From: Sphingomonadales bacterium
Lineage (GTDB): Bacteria; Pseudomonadota; Alphaproteobacteria; Sphingomonadales; Sphingomonadaceae
DNA length: 64,000 nt
NCBI GenBank assembly: GCA_947470185.1
Contig: CANIRZ010000001.1
Span: 94,013-158,012, forward strand
Direction of reading: 5' to 3'
In this document: one piece after another, positions 11,387 to 22,622 of the stretch
Numbering within the stretch: position 1 is the first letter of the stretch
Layout of the letters: every line of letters starts with the position of its first letter
Notes under the pieces: model-generated
The model's input: the letters and a program-made list of their open reading frames with translations, nothing else
What the model was told of the DNA's origin: nothing
Databases searched by the model: none
Made by a program: the position numbers and the translations under genes

Positions 11387-12603
11387 GCGACGGCAAAGAT
11401 GTTCCTTGGGTATTGGCGGCAAAGACCGGCAAGATCGGCTTTGCCAACCGTTTGGGCCGTGGTGACCGTTCGCCGCTGGGCGTCTGGTTTTGGGAACTTG
11501 ACCGCGTATTGTTATCGCTGATGATGGTATTGATTGCGATTGGCTTGCTTGCGGTTGCGGCGGCATCGCCCGCCGGTGCGCAGCGGCTATCGGCTTCGAC
11601 ATCGCAATTATCCTCGCTGTATTTCTTTTATCGGCAGCTGATGTGGGTGATTGTTGGCGTGCCAATCATGCTGTTTATCTCGATGTGTCCGCGCGAAAAG
11701 GCCCGACGCATTGCCGTTTATGGTTTCTGCATTGTGTTCGTGCTGCTTGTACTCGTGCCTGTATTAGGGCGCGAGGTGAATGGCTCGCGCCGCTGGATTG
11801 GCCCCGGTTTTGCGGGGCTTCAGCCATCGGAATTCCTCAAGCCCTTTTACGCCGTTACGATGGCATGGATCATCAGCTGGCGGTTAAAAGACCCCACTTT
11901 GCCGGTCCTGATTATCAGCAGTATTGTTACCGCAGCTGTCTGTATCTTCCTTTTGATGCAACCCGACCTTGGCCAGACGATATTGTTCATGGGCACATGG
12001 TTTGCATTGATGATGGTCGCTGGTGTTCCTGCAAGCCGTCTCTGGGGCCTTATCATCAGCGGCATCATATTCATCGTGCTGGCCTATAATTATTACCCGG
12101 TTGCAACGCAGCGTATCGATGCCTGGATTTTTGGAACTGAGGGCCTAACCCATGACAAGATGGCGCTGGCGACGTTGACCAATGGGGGCTTTATTGGTCT
12201 CGGTCCGGGACTTGGGGTCAAGAAATATTCGTTGCCTGAGGGGCATACCGACTACATCTTCTCCGTGATAGGCGAAGAATTCGGTCTGCTTGCCTGCATG
12301 GTCATTGCCATACTGTACTTTGCCATACTGGTGCGCATCATCATTCGCTTGCTGGATGAAAAGGACCAGTTTGTAGTGCTGGCGGTTACGGGGCTGGGCG
12401 CGCAGTTTTGCGGGCAGGCGATGATTAACATTGCGGTTAACCTAGGGGTCTTTCCCTCTAAGGGCATGACTTTGCCCTTCATCAGCTATGGCGGATCATC
12501 CATAGTTGCGCTTTCGATGACTTGCGGTCTCATACTCGCATTGACGAAGCGAAACCCGTATCTTGACCGGTCGCTGTATATGGTGAAGGGACAACGGCCA
12601 TGA
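11383..12603 (+). CDS. ftsW: SEDS peptidoglycan glycosyltransferase FtsW
   Basis: NGSRRW, LQPSEFLK, QPDLG, LPEGHTDYIFS, PSKGMTLPFISYGGSS. Confidence 0.95.
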   Translation: MSDGKDVPWVLAAKTGKIGFANRLGRGDRSPLGVWFWELDRVLLSLMMVLIAIGLLAVAAASPAGAQRLSASTSQLSSLYFFYRQLMWVIVGVPIMLFISMCPREKARRIAVYGFCIVFVLLVLVPVLGREVNGSRRWIGPGFAGLQPSEFLKPFYAVTMAWIISWRLKDPTLPVLIISSIVTAAVCIFLLMQPDLGQTILFMGTWFALMMVAGVPASRLWGLIISGIIFIVLAYNYYPVATQRIDAWIFGTEGLTHDKMALATLTNGGFIGLGPGLGVKKYSLPEGHTDYIFSVIGEEFGLLACMVIAILYFAILVRIIIRLLDEKDQFVVLAVTGLGAQFCGQAMINIAVNLGVFPSKGMTLPFISYGGSSIVALSMTCGLILALTKRNPYLDRSLYMVKGQRP

Positions 12604-13781
12604 CCATATCTCGGCATTATGTATTGGCCGCTGGCGGAACCGGGGGGCATCTGATCCCTGCCTTTGCCTTGGGGCAAGAATTGATAAACCGCGGCCATCA
12701 TGTAGCTTTAATCACCGATGCGCGTGGCGCAAAAATTCCGGGCTGCCCAGACAAGATGGCAACCCATTTGCTGCCCGCTGGCCGGATCACCAAAAAACCC
12801 AGTAGCTGGTTTCCGGGGATCCTGGCGATTGCCCAAGGCCGCAAGATGGCGCGCCGCTTGTACGAAAAATTTGAACCAAGCGCTGTGGTTGGTTTTGGCG
12901 GCTATCCCGCATTTCCAGCGCTTCTGGGTGCCTTTGCCGAGAAAATTCCGACGATTATTCACGAACAAAATGCCGTGCTTGGCCGCGTTAACCGCTTCAC
13001 CGCACGGCACGTGAATGCCATTGCCACATCCTATCCCGAAGTGCTGCGCCTGTCGCCGCGCTACACTGGCAAGGTGCATCTTGTCGGCAACCCGATCCGC
13101 GAAGAGGTGCTTGCCCTGCGCGACAAACCCTATCCCCCGCTTTTAGACGAGGATATTTTTCGCGTGCTTGTGACAGGCGGAAGCCAAGGCGCAACCGTGC
13201 TTTCTGACGTTGTGCCCGATGGCCTTTCCCAACTGCCGCTAAATTTGCGGCGTCGGTTGCAGGTAACGCAGCAGTGCCGCGCCGAAGACATTGAGGCTGT
13301 GCGCGCAGCATATGTCGCCCACGGCATTCCGGCCGAACTGGCGACCTATTTGCCTGACCTGCCTGAACGACTTGGCTGGGCGCATATGGTGATATCGCGG
13401 GCAGGGGCGTCAACGATAGCCGAACTAACCTGCGCTGGACGGCCAGCGATATTGGTGCCGTTACCAAGCGCAACCGATGACCACCAAAGCTATAATGTTA
13501 GGGAAATGGTTCAAGCAGGCGGCGCCCGCGCCATCGCGCAGCCAGCATTCACCGCGGTGGAGTTGGCCAAGCAGATCGAGAAAATTGCGTTGGAGCCCGG
13601 TGCGCTGGAAAATGCGGCGAAGGCAGCGAAAATCTGCGGCCGGCCAAATGCGGTTGCCGACCTTGCCGACCTTGTCGAGTCATTTGGCCGCGCCCCAATC
13701 ATGCATCATATAACGTCCCCATCAGACCACAGGGGCGCTTTCAGTTCGTCCCCTGCACTTGCCAAAGAGAACGCAGCGTGA
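12600..13781 (+). CDS. murG: Lipid II GlcNAc transferase MurG
   Basis: [38 protein letters not shown]. Confidence 0.97.
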   Translation: MTISRHYVLAAGGTGGHLIPAFALGQELINRGHHVALITDARGAKIPGCPDKMATHLLPAGRITKKPSSWFPGILAIAQGRKMARRLYEKFEPSAVVGFGGYPAFPALLGAFAEKIPTIIHEQNAVLGRVNRFTARHVNAIATSYPEVLRLSPRYTGKVHLVGNPIREEVLALRDKPYPPLLDEDIFRVLVTGGSQGATVLSDVVPDGLSQLPLNLRRRLQVTQQCRAEDIEAVRAAYVAHGIPAELATYLPDLPERLGWAHMVISRAGASTIAELTCAGRPAILVPLPSATDDHQSYNVREMVQAGGARAIAQPAFTAVELAKQIEKIALEPGALENAAKAAKICGRPNAVADLADLVESFGRAPIMHHITSPSDHRGAFSSSPALAKENAA

Positions 13782-15196
13782 AGGGTGTTCCTACCGATAT
13801 TGGCATTGTCCATTTCGTCGGCATTGGCGGCATTGGAATGTCCGGCATTGCAGAGGTGATGCATAATCTTGGCTATCACGTCCAAGGAAGCGACATTGCG
13901 GACAGCTATGTAATTGATGGCCTTCGCCAACGCGGCATCAAGGTGATGATCGGCCACAGTGCAGACAATTTGGGCGAGGCGACCGTCGTTGTAACGTCGA
14001 CGGCCGTCAAGGAAGGCAACCCCGAGCGCGATGCAGCTTTGGAACGGCGGATACCCTTGGTACGCCGCGCTGAAATGCTCGCCGAATTGATGCGGCTGAA
14101 AAATACCGTTGCCGTGGCGGGAACGCATGGAAAGACGACCACGACATCGTTAATCGCCGCGATGCTTGACCATGGCGGCATTGACCCGACGGTCATTAAC
14201 GGCGGTATTATTAATAGCTATGGTTCCAACGCGCGCCTTGGGGCAAGTGACTGGATGGTGGTTGAAGCCGATGAAAGCGATGGCAGCTTCTTACGCCTTG
14301 ACGGCACGCTGGCGGTGGTCACCAACGTCGACCCAGAACATCTCGACCATTATGGGGATTTTGACGCGATAAAAAGGGCGTTTGTCGAATTTGTCGAAAA
14401 CGTGCCATTTTATGGCGCGGCAATCATGTGTCTCGACCATCCCGAAGTGCAGGCCATTTTGCCCAAGATCCGCGACCGTCGGATTATCACTTATGGATTT
14501 TCGGCGCAGGCCGATATTCGCGGCGAAAATGTAACCCCGAACCCGGGCGGCAACCGTTTCGATGTGGTCGTCCGCGCACGCGATGGATCGCAGCGGACGA
14601 TAAAGGGTATTCAGCTTCCCATGCCGGGCCGCCACAATGTCCAGAACGCGCTGGCCGCGGTCGCCGTTGGCCTTGAAATGGGGATGAGCGACGCAGATGT
14701 TGCGCATGGCTTTGACAAATTCGGTGGGGTTAAGCGCCGCTTTACGAAGGTTGGCGAAGTTGCCCTTGACGGTGGGGTGGTCACGATCATCGATGATTAC
14801 GGCCACCATCCCGTCGAAATCCGCGCGGTGCTGTCGGCTGCACGCGAAGGTGCGCAGGGGCGAGTCATCGCCGTTGCTCAGCCGCACCGCTTCACGCGGC
14901 TACGCGACCATATGGATGATTTCCAACAAGCATTTAATGATGCCGACATGGTGTTCATCTCGCCCGTCTATGCAGCTGGCGAGGGTCCGATTGACGGCAT
15001 AGATGCAGATGCGCTGGTGCATGGCATAAAGGCGCGCGGGCATCGTTCGGCTGCGACTGTGGCCGATGCCGATGACCTAGCACGCAAGCTGGCCGAAGTT
15101 GTTCAGGCGCATGACATGGTCGTGTGCTTGGGCGCTGGCGACATCACCAAATGGGCTGCCGGCCTTGCCGATGCAATTCAGGCAGCGCACGGATGA
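13778..15196 (+). CDS. murC: UDP-MurNAc--L-Ala ligase MurC
   Basis: [44 protein letters not shown]. Confidence 0.97.
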   Translation: MKGVPTDIGIVHFVGIGGIGMSGIAEVMHNLGYHVQGSDIADSYVIDGLRQRGIKVMIGHSADNLGEATVVVTSTAVKEGNPERDAALERRIPLVRRAEMLAELMRLKNTVAVAGTHGKTTTTSLIAAMLDHGGIDPTVINGGIINSYGSNARLGASDWMVVEADESDGSFLRLDGTLAVVTNVDPEHLDHYGDFDAIKRAFVEFVENVPFYGAAIMCLDHPEVQAILPKIRDRRIITYGFSAQADIRGENVTPNPGGNRFDVVVRARDGSQRTIKGIQLPMPGRHNVQNALAAVAVGLEMGMSDADVAHGFDKFGGVKRRFTKVGEVALDGGVVTIIDDYGHHPVEIRAVLSAAREGAQGRVIAVAQPHRFTRLRDHMDDFQQAFNDADMVFISPVYAAGEGPIDGIDADALVHGIKARGHRSAATVADADDLARKLAEVVQAHDMVVCLGAGDITKWAAGLADAIQAAHG

Positions 15197-16089
15197 CAAC
15201 GCTGCATATGCCGCAAGTGCAAGGACGTTTGACCCAAGCCGCACCGCTGGCGCCTTTGGTTTGGTTTAAGTCGGGCGGCTGCGCTCAATATCTGTTTGAG
15301 CCTAAAGACATCGCCGATCTGCAATCCTTTTTGCACGAACTTGACCAAGCCACGCCGGTCATGGCGCTTGGCTTGGGATCTAACCTGATCATCCGAGATG
15401 GCGGCGTCAGGGGTGTCGTTATCCGCTTGGGTAAGGCCTTTGCTAAAGTCACTTGTACCGACGCTGTCACGATGGAATGCGGCGCTGGCGCATCGGGCAT
15501 TTTGGTGTCCTCCACTGCGCGTGACAATAAAATCGCTGGCCTTGAGTTTCTGCGCTCCATTCCGGGAACTGTCGGCGGCTTTGTTCGCATGAACGGCGGC
15601 GCATATGGCGGCGAGGTGAAGGACATTTTGCGCGATTGCGATATTGTGACACGCGATGGGATGCTAACGACTTTGTCTGTGGATGAACTGCACTACAGCT
15701 ATCGCCACTCCGAATTGCCCGACGGCGCAATCGTCGTGGCTGCGCGGTTTCAAGGACGTCCCGGAGAACCCGAAGCCATCCAAGCCGAGATGGACCGCAT
15801 CAGCGCATCACGCGAAGCATCGCAACCATTGCGGTCCAAAACCGGCGGGTCGACCTTCAAAAATCCGGATGGACATAAGGCATGGCAATTGGTCGATGCT
15901 GCAGGGTGCCGGGGGCTTCAGATTGGCGGTGCGCAGGTGTCCGAAAAACACACCAATTTCCTAATTAATACTGGCGATGCGACCAGCGCAGATATCGAGG
16001 CGCTTGGGGAAGAAGTCCGTGCGCGCGTCATGGCGCAGTCTGGCGTGGCACTAACATGGGAAATCCAGCGCGTGGGTGAAACGAAATGA
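15193..16089 (+). CDS. murB: UDP-N-acetylmuramate dehydrogenase MurB
   Basis: GLGSNL, IPGTVGG, MNGGAYG, YSYRHS, GSTFKNP, SEKHTNF; ATGA overlap at 15193. Confidence 0.96.
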   Translation: MTTLHMPQVQGRLTQAAPLAPLVWFKSGGCAQYLFEPKDIADLQSFLHELDQATPVMALGLGSNLIIRDGGVRGVVIRLGKAFAKVTCTDAVTMECGAGASGILVSSTARDNKIAGLEFLRSIPGTVGGFVRMNGGAYGGEVKDILRDCDIVTRDGMLTTLSVDELHYSYRHSELPDGAIVVAARFQGRPGEPEAIQAEMDRISASREASQPLRSKTGGSTFKNPDGHKAWQLVDAAGCRGLQIGGAQVSEKHTNFLINTGDATSADIEALGEEVRARVMAQSGVALTWEIQRVGETK

Positions 16090-17009
16090 GTAAGCACGTT
16101 CACGTTGCCGTGTTGATGGGGGGATGGTCAAACGAACGGCCTGTGTCTTTGATGAGCGGTAATGGGGTGGCCGATGCTTTGGAAAAGGTCGGTTATCAGG
16201 TTAGCCGCGTCGACATGGACCGCAATGTCGCGCAAGTGCTGGCTGGTCTTCGTCCTGATGTTGTATTCAATGCCCTGCATGGTGTCCCGGGTGAGGACGG
16301 CACAGTGCAGGGCATGTTGGACCTCATGGGCATTCCTTATACGCATAGCGGCATGGTGACGTCGGTTATCGCGATTGACAAGGAATTGACCAAACAGTGC
16401 CTTGTGCCTGCCGGAATTCCTATGCCCAAGGGAACGATGGTCGATAGCGAAAGCCTATATGCGGCTGATCCGCTGCCGCGGCCTTATGTGCTTAAGCCCG
16501 TGAATGAAGGCAGTTCGGTTGGCGTGGCAATCGTCACTGATGACAGCAATTATGGCAATCCGATTGCCCGTGATGCCAAAGGGCCTTGGCAGGAATTTGA
16601 CCGGTTGCTAGCAGAACCTTTCATTAAAGGCCGCGAGCTGACCGTAGCAGTGCTAGGTGACAAGGCGTTGTGCGTGACTGAGTTGAAGCCAAAGAGCGGC
16701 TTTTACGACTTTGACGCGAAATACACCGATGGCCTGACTGAACATATCTGCCCTGCAGAAATCCCCGATGATGTGGCGCAATATATGCTGGATACTGCGC
16801 TGCGCGCGCATCAATTGCTTGGCTGTAAAGGTGCCTCACGCACGGATTTTCGTTGGAATGACGAAGCGGGGATGGACGGTATATTCGTTCTGGAAACCAA
16901 TACGCAGCCCGGCATGACACCGTTAAGCCTCGTGCCCGAACAAGCGCGGCATGTTGGTATCAGCTATGAACAGCTGGTCGACATCATTGTGAAAGAGGCG
17001 TTGGCATAA
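16086..17009 (+). CDS. ddl: D-alanine--D-alanine ligase
   Basis: GGWSNERPVSL, LHGVPGEDG, KPVNEGSSVG, FYDFDAKY, ETNTQPGMT. Confidence 0.96.
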   Translation: MSKHVHVAVLMGGWSNERPVSLMSGNGVADALEKVGYQVSRVDMDRNVAQVLAGLRPDVVFNALHGVPGEDGTVQGMLDLMGIPYTHSGMVTSVIAIDKELTKQCLVPAGIPMPKGTMVDSESLYAADPLPRPYVLKPVNEGSSVGVAIVTDDSNYGNPIARDAKGPWQEFDRLLAEPFIKGRELTVAVLGDKALCVTELKPKSGFYDFDAKYTDGLTEHICPAEIPDDVAQYMLDTALRAHQLLGCKGASRTDFRWNDEAGMDGIFVLETNTQPGMTPLSLVPEQARHVGISYEQLVDIIVKEALA

Positions 17010-17950
17010 TGGCAGGTGCGACACGCAAGCCAGCAGCAAAGCGCAAAGCAACTGTGGCCAGCCCGCGGAAGAAGGTCTCCCAGATTTCGGGTGTCGACAA
17101 AGTGTTGCGCATGCTGCCATTTTCCGAAGAGGAAGTGCAGCGCGTCATCACTTGGATTATCGTCGCGGTGCTTACTGCGCTTGCCTTTGCCGCTGCGCAA
17201 TATGCTGGACTTACCACCGCTGCCTATCAACAATATGCCGCGCTTGCCGCAAAAGCTGGTTTTCAGGTGCAGCGCATTGAGGTCACGGGCATGGAACGGG
17301 TCGACCAGTTGAAAGTCTACCAACTCGTGCTCGCCGAAAAAGACCGTGCGATGCCGTTGGTGGATATCGACAAAGTGCGCATGGATCTTTTGCAATATGG
17401 CTGGATTAAGGACGCCCGCGTTGCTCGGCGGCTGCCTGATACGCTTGCCGTCGAGATTATCGAGCGCACGCCGACCGCCATTTGGCAACGCAACGGGAAA
17501 TATTCGCTGATCGACGCAGAGGGGGTTGTTCTGCAAAATATCCGCTCCGGTGAGGGCGGTGACTTGCCGCTGCTGAATGGAAATGATGCAAACCGGCACA
17601 CGGTCGCGCTGAGTGCGTTACTCGACAAAGCGTCCGCGCTGAAATCACAAGTTTCCGGTGCAACCTGGGTCGGCAATCGTCGGTGGGACATTCAGTTCCA
17701 AACCGGAGAGACGCTTGCGCTGCCAGAAGGAGAGGCCGCCGCAGCCAAGGCGTTACTGAATTTTGCGCGCATGGATGGTGTGCACCGTTTGCTTGGCCGC
17801 GACCTGATCCATTTTGACCTGCGCGACCCAGATCGCGCCTATTTCCGCAAAGCACAGAAGGTGGAACCCGCCAAAGTGGAGAAGACGGAAAAAGTGGAAA
17901 AAGTGGAAACCAACGAAGTTATCTCTAAAACCAGTGGACAAACAGCATGA
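17009..17950 (+). CDS. ftsQ: Cell division protein FtsQ
   Basis: TM plus POTRA domain (WIKDARVARRLPDTL...ERTP), RRWD, DLRDPDR; located before ftsA. Confidence 0.93.
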   Translation: MAGATRKPAAKRKATVASPRKKVSQISGVDKVLRMLPFSEEEVQRVITWIIVAVLTALAFAAAQYAGLTTAAYQQYAALAAKAGFQVQRIEVTGMERVDQLKVYQLVLAEKDRAMPLVDIDKVRMDLLQYGWIKDARVARRLPDTLAVEIIERTPTAIWQRNGKYSLIDAEGVVLQNIRSGEGGDLPLLNGNDANRHTVALSALLDKASALKSQVSGATWVGNRRWDIQFQTGETLALPEGEAAAAKALLNFARMDGVHRLLGRDLIHFDLRDPDRAYFRKAQKVEPAKVEKTEKVEKVETNEVISKTSGQTA

Positions 17951-19212
17951 AGACGACGCGCGTTGAAAGGCTGATTTCGGCAATCGATATCGGCTCGTCG
18001 AAGGTTTCGGCCTTGATTGCGGGTCAAACCGATAGTGGCGAATTGCTTGTTCTTGGTACAGGGCAGCGCGAAAGTCGGGGTGTGACGCGGGGATGCATCG
18101 CTGATGTCGAACAGGCAGAACTGTCCGTACGCCATGCGGTCGAACAAGCGGAGCGGATCGCTGGCCTCAACATCGACCGCGTTTGGGTTGGTATGTCTGC
18201 TGGCGGGCTCGATAGTATGCTCGCGCCGGTCGAAATCGAATTAGGCGGCGACCGCATTACACAAGAAGATGTCGGCGAACTGCTGCAGGCTGGACGCGAC
18301 AATATCCAAACCGGCGGCAAAATGGCGCTGCATATTCAACCGACCTTATATTCGCTTGATGGGGTTGGCGGCGTAGCAAACCCAATTGGACTGCATGCCG
18401 ATCGCTTGGGCGTTGACGTGCATGTTATCCTTGCTGATCCATCGCCGGTTCGGAATATGGACATGACCGTCCGCGCGGCACATTTGGATGTAGAATCTCT
18501 AGTCGTTGGACCGGTTGCAACTGGCCTTGCGTGCCTGACATCAGAGGAGCGTGAACTGGGCGTTGCGCTGGTCGAATTCGGCGCGGCGGTCACCAATGTG
18601 TCGGTGTTCATCGGCGGAATGTTGGTTGGGCTTGAGACCATTCAAAAGGGCGCGTCGGACATTACCGATGACATCGCCTCAGCCTTTGGTATTCGCCGGG
18701 CGCAGGCAGAGCGATTGAAATGCTTTCACGGTTCTGCCTTAACCAGTCCGCGCGACTATCAGGAAGTTCTTGATATCGGTCCCGACGAAAATGGCGTTGA
18801 ACCCGGAAACCAAGCGCCACGCATCACCAAAGCACAGTTAAACGCAGTGGTCTGCCAGCGCGTCGACAGCATTGTTACCGAAGTCGCGCAAGCATTGAAG
18901 ACGCTAGGATTTTCTGGACCGTCTGGACATCAGGTGGTGCTGACTGGCGGCGGTGCCGAGCTTAAGGGTGCCGCCGAACATATGCAGAGCGCGCTTGGAC
19001 GGACGGTGCGCATCGGTCGTCCTTCTGGGCTAACCAGTATTCCCGAAGCACATTCGGGCCCCGCATTTTCGACACTGGTCGGTTTGATTCATTATGCCGC
19101 ATCGGAGCGTCTTGAGCTTCAATCCGGCTATGATATGCGCGCTGAACAGCTTGGCGGGACGATGCCGAGTTTGATTGAACGCATAAAACGGGCGGTTCGT
19201 GAGAACTTCTGA
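17947..19212 (+). CDS. ftsA: Cell division protein FtsA
   Basis: DIGSSKV, ITDDIA, AERLK, VLTGGG, VRIGRP and an amphipathic C-terminal helix. Confidence 0.96.
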   Translation: MKTTRVERLISAIDIGSSKVSALIAGQTDSGELLVLGTGQRESRGVTRGCIADVEQAELSVRHAVEQAERIAGLNIDRVWVGMSAGGLDSMLAPVEIELGGDRITQEDVGELLQAGRDNIQTGGKMALHIQPTLYSLDGVGGVANPIGLHADRLGVDVHVILADPSPVRNMDMTVRAAHLDVESLVVGPVATGLACLTSEERELGVALVEFGAAVTNVSVFIGGMLVGLETIQKGASDITDDIASAFGIRRAQAERLKCFHGSALTSPRDYQEVLDIGPDENGVEPGNQAPRITKAQLNAVVCQRVDSIVTEVAQALKTLGFSGPSGHQVVLTGGGAELKGAAEHMQSALGRTVRIGRPSGLTSIPEAHSGPAFSTLVGLIHYAASERLELQSGYDMRAEQLGGTMPSLIERIKRAVRENF

Positions 19213-19315
19213 CAAAAAGCTGTGCAAAACGGGTAATTTTGGGTGTGCGTTTTTTGCTTTTGTGTCAAAAGCGTGAAAATTTCGAACAAGCTGATGGGGC
19301 TAAGGGGATAAAATT

Positions 19316-20812
19316 ATGAGCATCAATATCGGGCCACCAATGGTTGACGAATTGAAGCCGAAAATCGCAGTTATTGGGGTTGGCGGCGCTGGCGGTAACG
19401 CAGTTGCAAACATGATTGGCGCGAAGGTCGAAGGCGTTGATTTCGTTGTAGCCAACACGGACGCGCAGGCACTGAACGCTTCGCCTGCTGAATATCGCAT
19501 CCAGCTCGGTCCTGAAATTACACAAGGATTAGGTGCTGGCTCACGTCCCGAAGTTGGTCGTGCGGCCGCGGAGGAAACCATCGAGCAAGTGAAGGCCGCA
19601 TTGGCCGGTTGCCACATGTGCTTCATCGCGGCGGGTATGGGGGGCGGAACCGGAACTGGTGCTGCTCCAGTTATCGCCCAAGTTGCGCGTGAAATGAATA
19701 TTTTGACAGTTGGTGTTGTGACAAAGCCATTCCTTTTTGAAGGATCGCGCCGGATGCGCTCGGCGGAATCCGGCATCGCTGAACTTCAACAGCATGTTGA
19801 CACATTGATTGTCATTCCAAACCAGAATCTGTTTTTGGTCGCTAATCCCAACACCACGTTCAAAGAAGCCTTCCAGCTTGCCGACGAGGTTTTGCAGCAA
19901 GGTGTTCGTGGCATCACTGATCTCATGGTCATGCCTGGCCTCATCAACCTCGACTTTGCCGACGTTCGTTCTGTCATGCACGAAATGGGCAAGGCAATGA
20001 TGGGTACTGGTGAAGCGGAAGGTGACAACCGCGCCCTTGAGGCTGCGGAAAAGGCAATTGCTAACCCGCTGCTCGACGGCGTTTCGATGCAGGGTGCTAA
20101 GGGCGTTATCGTCTCGATCACTGGCGGCGAAGATATGCGCTTGATGGAAGTCGACGAGGCTGCAAACTATATCCGCGAATTGGTTGATCCCGATGCCAAC
20201 ATTATCTGGGGCTCGGCGTTTAACGAAAATCTGAACGGCAAAATCCGGGTCTCTGTCGTTGCTACTGGCATTGACAATGAAGGCCTGAGCGCTTCGCCTG
20301 CGACACAATCGCGCACGCCTTTCTCGTTCAGCCGTCCAGCGGCAGCGGAACCCGTTGCTTCGGTCAGCACTACAACATCTTTGTTCGACAGCACGCCAGC
20401 TACCCCGGTCGCAGAAGAGAGCGATTTTGCAGACCAAGAGACTGATGTTGAAGATGACAGCTTGATCCTCGGCAGCGATTTCGAAGATACCGATGCAGAT
20501 CAAGAATTTGAACCATTCACCCCGGAAACTGCCGCTCCAGCCAGCATGTCGTCAAGTTCGTGGGCCGGTGCAGATGCACTTGAACTCAACACGCCCGCTG
20601 AGGACGATGTGCCTGTACCCACCGCAGGCCCAGTTGATGTGCCTGAGGCGTCTGAACGCGTTGCTCCGCGCATTCCAACAGGCGGAACATTGTTTGAGCG
20701 GATGTCCAATCTGTCTCGCGGTCTTTCGCGCTCCGATGACGAGAACAAGGCTGATGATGACGCTAGCAGCGTCAATATCCCGCGTTTCCTTGATCGGCAG
20801 AACAACTCATAG
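19316..20812 (+). CDS. ftsZ: Cell division GTPase FtsZ with long acidic linker
   Basis: GGGTGTG tubulin signature, NLDFADV, C-terminal [10 protein letters not shown] peptide. Confidence 0.99.
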   Translation: MSINIGPPMVDELKPKIAVIGVGGAGGNAVANMIGAKVEGVDFVVANTDAQALNASPAEYRIQLGPEITQGLGAGSRPEVGRAAAEETIEQVKAALAGCHMCFIAAGMGGGTGTGAAPVIAQVAREMNILTVGVVTKPFLFEGSRRMRSAESGIAELQQHVDTLIVIPNQNLFLVANPNTTFKEAFQLADEVLQQGVRGITDLMVMPGLINLDFADVRSVMHEMGKAMMGTGEAEGDNRALEAAEKAIANPLLDGVSMQGAKGVIVSITGGEDMRLMEVDEAANYIRELVDPDANIIWGSAFNENLNGKIRVSVVATGIDNEGLSASPATQSRTPFSFSRPAAAEPVASVSTTTSLFDSTPATPVAEESDFADQETDVEDDSLILGSDFEDTDADQEFEPFTPETAAPASMSSSSWAGADALELNTPAEDDVPVPTAGPVDVPEASERVAPRIPTGGTLFERMSNLSRGLSRSDDENKADDDASSVNIPRFLDRQNNS

Positions 20813-20918
20813 GTTGCGCATCCAGCGCAGCGTCAGTTCGTCCTCTTTAGACAACCGTTTGTCCGAGCACAGCGTTAACGCGCTTTGCGTCGGGCAGCGG
20901 CTGCTCCAATAGAAGCGC

Positions 20919-22583
20919 ATGCATGTGACAATTTTACGGAGCGCGGGGCTATTGTGCGCGCTTATGGTGTCAACCAGCGCCTTTGCGCAAGCGGTTGACG
21001 AAAGCGCACTTGAAGCTTTTGACAAACAAACTCCTAAAGTGCTTCCCGTCATATCGGAACCTGCAGGGGCAGTGGAACTGCGCTCTGCAATGCGGAGAAT
21101 TTCATTCAACCCATCGGACGCCGATGCATTGGCGGATGCTGGCACTGCGTCTTTAGTTTTGGGCGATGCCAACGCGGCGCTCAATTTCTTCACACGCGCG
21201 AACGCGCTGCGTCCCGGCAACAGCCGCATCGTTTCGGGCTTGGCTACCGCCACCGTGCGTACCGAAAACCCCTTCGAAGCGCTTCGATTGTTTGATGACG
21301 CGGTCCGGTTGGGCGCGAATGAACGCTCCATTGCGATTGATCGTGCATTGGCGTTTGATCTGCTGGGGAATTTTAGTCGCGCACAGCAGGATTATAAGCT
21401 GGCGCGGACCGCATTTACCTCAGATGATTTGATTATACGGCAGTCTGTATCCTTGGCCTTGGGCGGGCAAAAGGAAGAGGCTGATGCGATGCTGGTTCCG
21501 CTGCTTGAGCGCAAAAGCGCATCTGCTTGGCGTGCGCGCGCGTTCATGCTTGCGGCGCGGGGCGAGTTGCGTGAATCAACAAAAGTCGCGCAAGGCTTTA
21601 TGGATGCCCCTTCCGCGGAACGCATGGAGCGGTTCTTTCGTTTAATGCCCAACCTTACAGGCGCGCAGCAGGCGGCGGCCATTCACCTTGGGCATTTCCC
21701 AACGAGCCAATATGTCGGGCGTGACAGCGAACAGGTCCGCCGCGTTGCAGCAGCGCTTCCGCAAACTGCGCTTGCATCTCCGCAAAACCGCCTAATTCCG
21801 TTGGGCGATCCGTTTGGTCCGAAGGCTGCAAAAACCGGCGATACCAAAATCGCGCAGGCGCCTGACGTTAAGAAGGACCGAAAGGCCCAGGAGACAGGAA
21901 AGGTTCTGACGGCCATGGCTAATATTCCCGCGTCGCCGAAGCCTGCCGCGACGTTGAACCCAGCGCCAACTGCCATTTCAGGTCCTGTCAGCAATGTTCC
22001 TATCATTGCCCAAGCGGAGACAAAGGCAGTTGTTTCCGCCATAATGGGGGCAGCCATCTCGTCACCGGCGCCGTTGGTAACTGTGCAAGGGCCGACACCT
22101 GCGCCAACCGTACTTGCAGTTGCATCATCCGGCTTTGATCTCGGTGCGGTTGTTGCCTCTATCGAAATTCCCGAGGGTGAACAGCTGCCCTCCCAAGTTC
22201 CGGTCGATTTGAAAAGTTTGAAGCCTGTGATGACCAAGGTGGCAGCAGAGCGCGCCAAGGTCGCTAAGGTTGATCCCAAGATTGCGGCAAAGGCCAAGCT
22301 CGAAAAGGATAATCCAGCGCGATATTGGGTGCAAATCGCCGCTGGAAAAGCGAGCGCGCTTGGCTTTGACTATCGCAAATTTGTCAAAAAATATCCGGAA
22401 TTGCTCAAGAAGAGAAATCCGTTCACGGCGGAATGGGGCAATACAGATAGGCTTTTAGTTGGTCCTTTTGCGGACCTGAAAGCGGCGAAGAAGTGGGAAG
22501 GCGACTATAAAAAGGGTGGCGGTGATGCTTTCATGTGGAAAAGCGAGATTGGCGAGGCCGTTAGTCCGTTGAAAACAAAATAG
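20919..22583 (+). CDS. Secreted TPR-repeat protein with C-terminal SPOR (peptidoglycan-binding) domain
   Basis: Signal peptide (AFA-Q), TPR-like helices, Pro/Ala linker, then YWVQIAAG...RLLVGPFAD...A (SPOR-like). Confidence 0.8.
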   Translation: MHVTILRSAGLLCALMVSTSAFAQAVDESALEAFDKQTPKVLPVISEPAGAVELRSAMRRISFNPSDADALADAGTASLVLGDANAALNFFTRANALRPGNSRIVSGLATATVRTENPFEALRLFDDAVRLGANERSIAIDRALAFDLLGNFSRAQQDYKLARTAFTSDDLIIRQSVSLALGGQKEEADAMLVPLLERKSASAWRARAFMLAARGELRESTKVAQGFMDAPSAERMERFFRLMPNLTGAQQAAAIHLGHFPTSQYVGRDSEQVRRVAAALPQTALASPQNRLIPLGDPFGPKAAKTGDTKIAQAPDVKKDRKAQETGKVLTAMANIPASPKPAATLNPAPTAISGPVSNVPIIAQAETKAVVSAIMGAAISSPAPLVTVQGPTPAPTVLAVASSGFDLGAVVASIEIPEGEQLPSQVPVDLKSLKPVMTKVAAERAKVAKVDPKIAAKAKLEKDNPARYWVQIAAGKASALGFDYRKFVKKYPELLKKRNPFTAEWGNTDRLLVGPFADLKAAKKWEGDYKKGGGDAFMWKSEIGEAVSPLKTK

Positions 22584-22622
22584 CCGCTTTCGAATTAGGT
22601 CGGTTGGCGGCATAAGCGCGAC

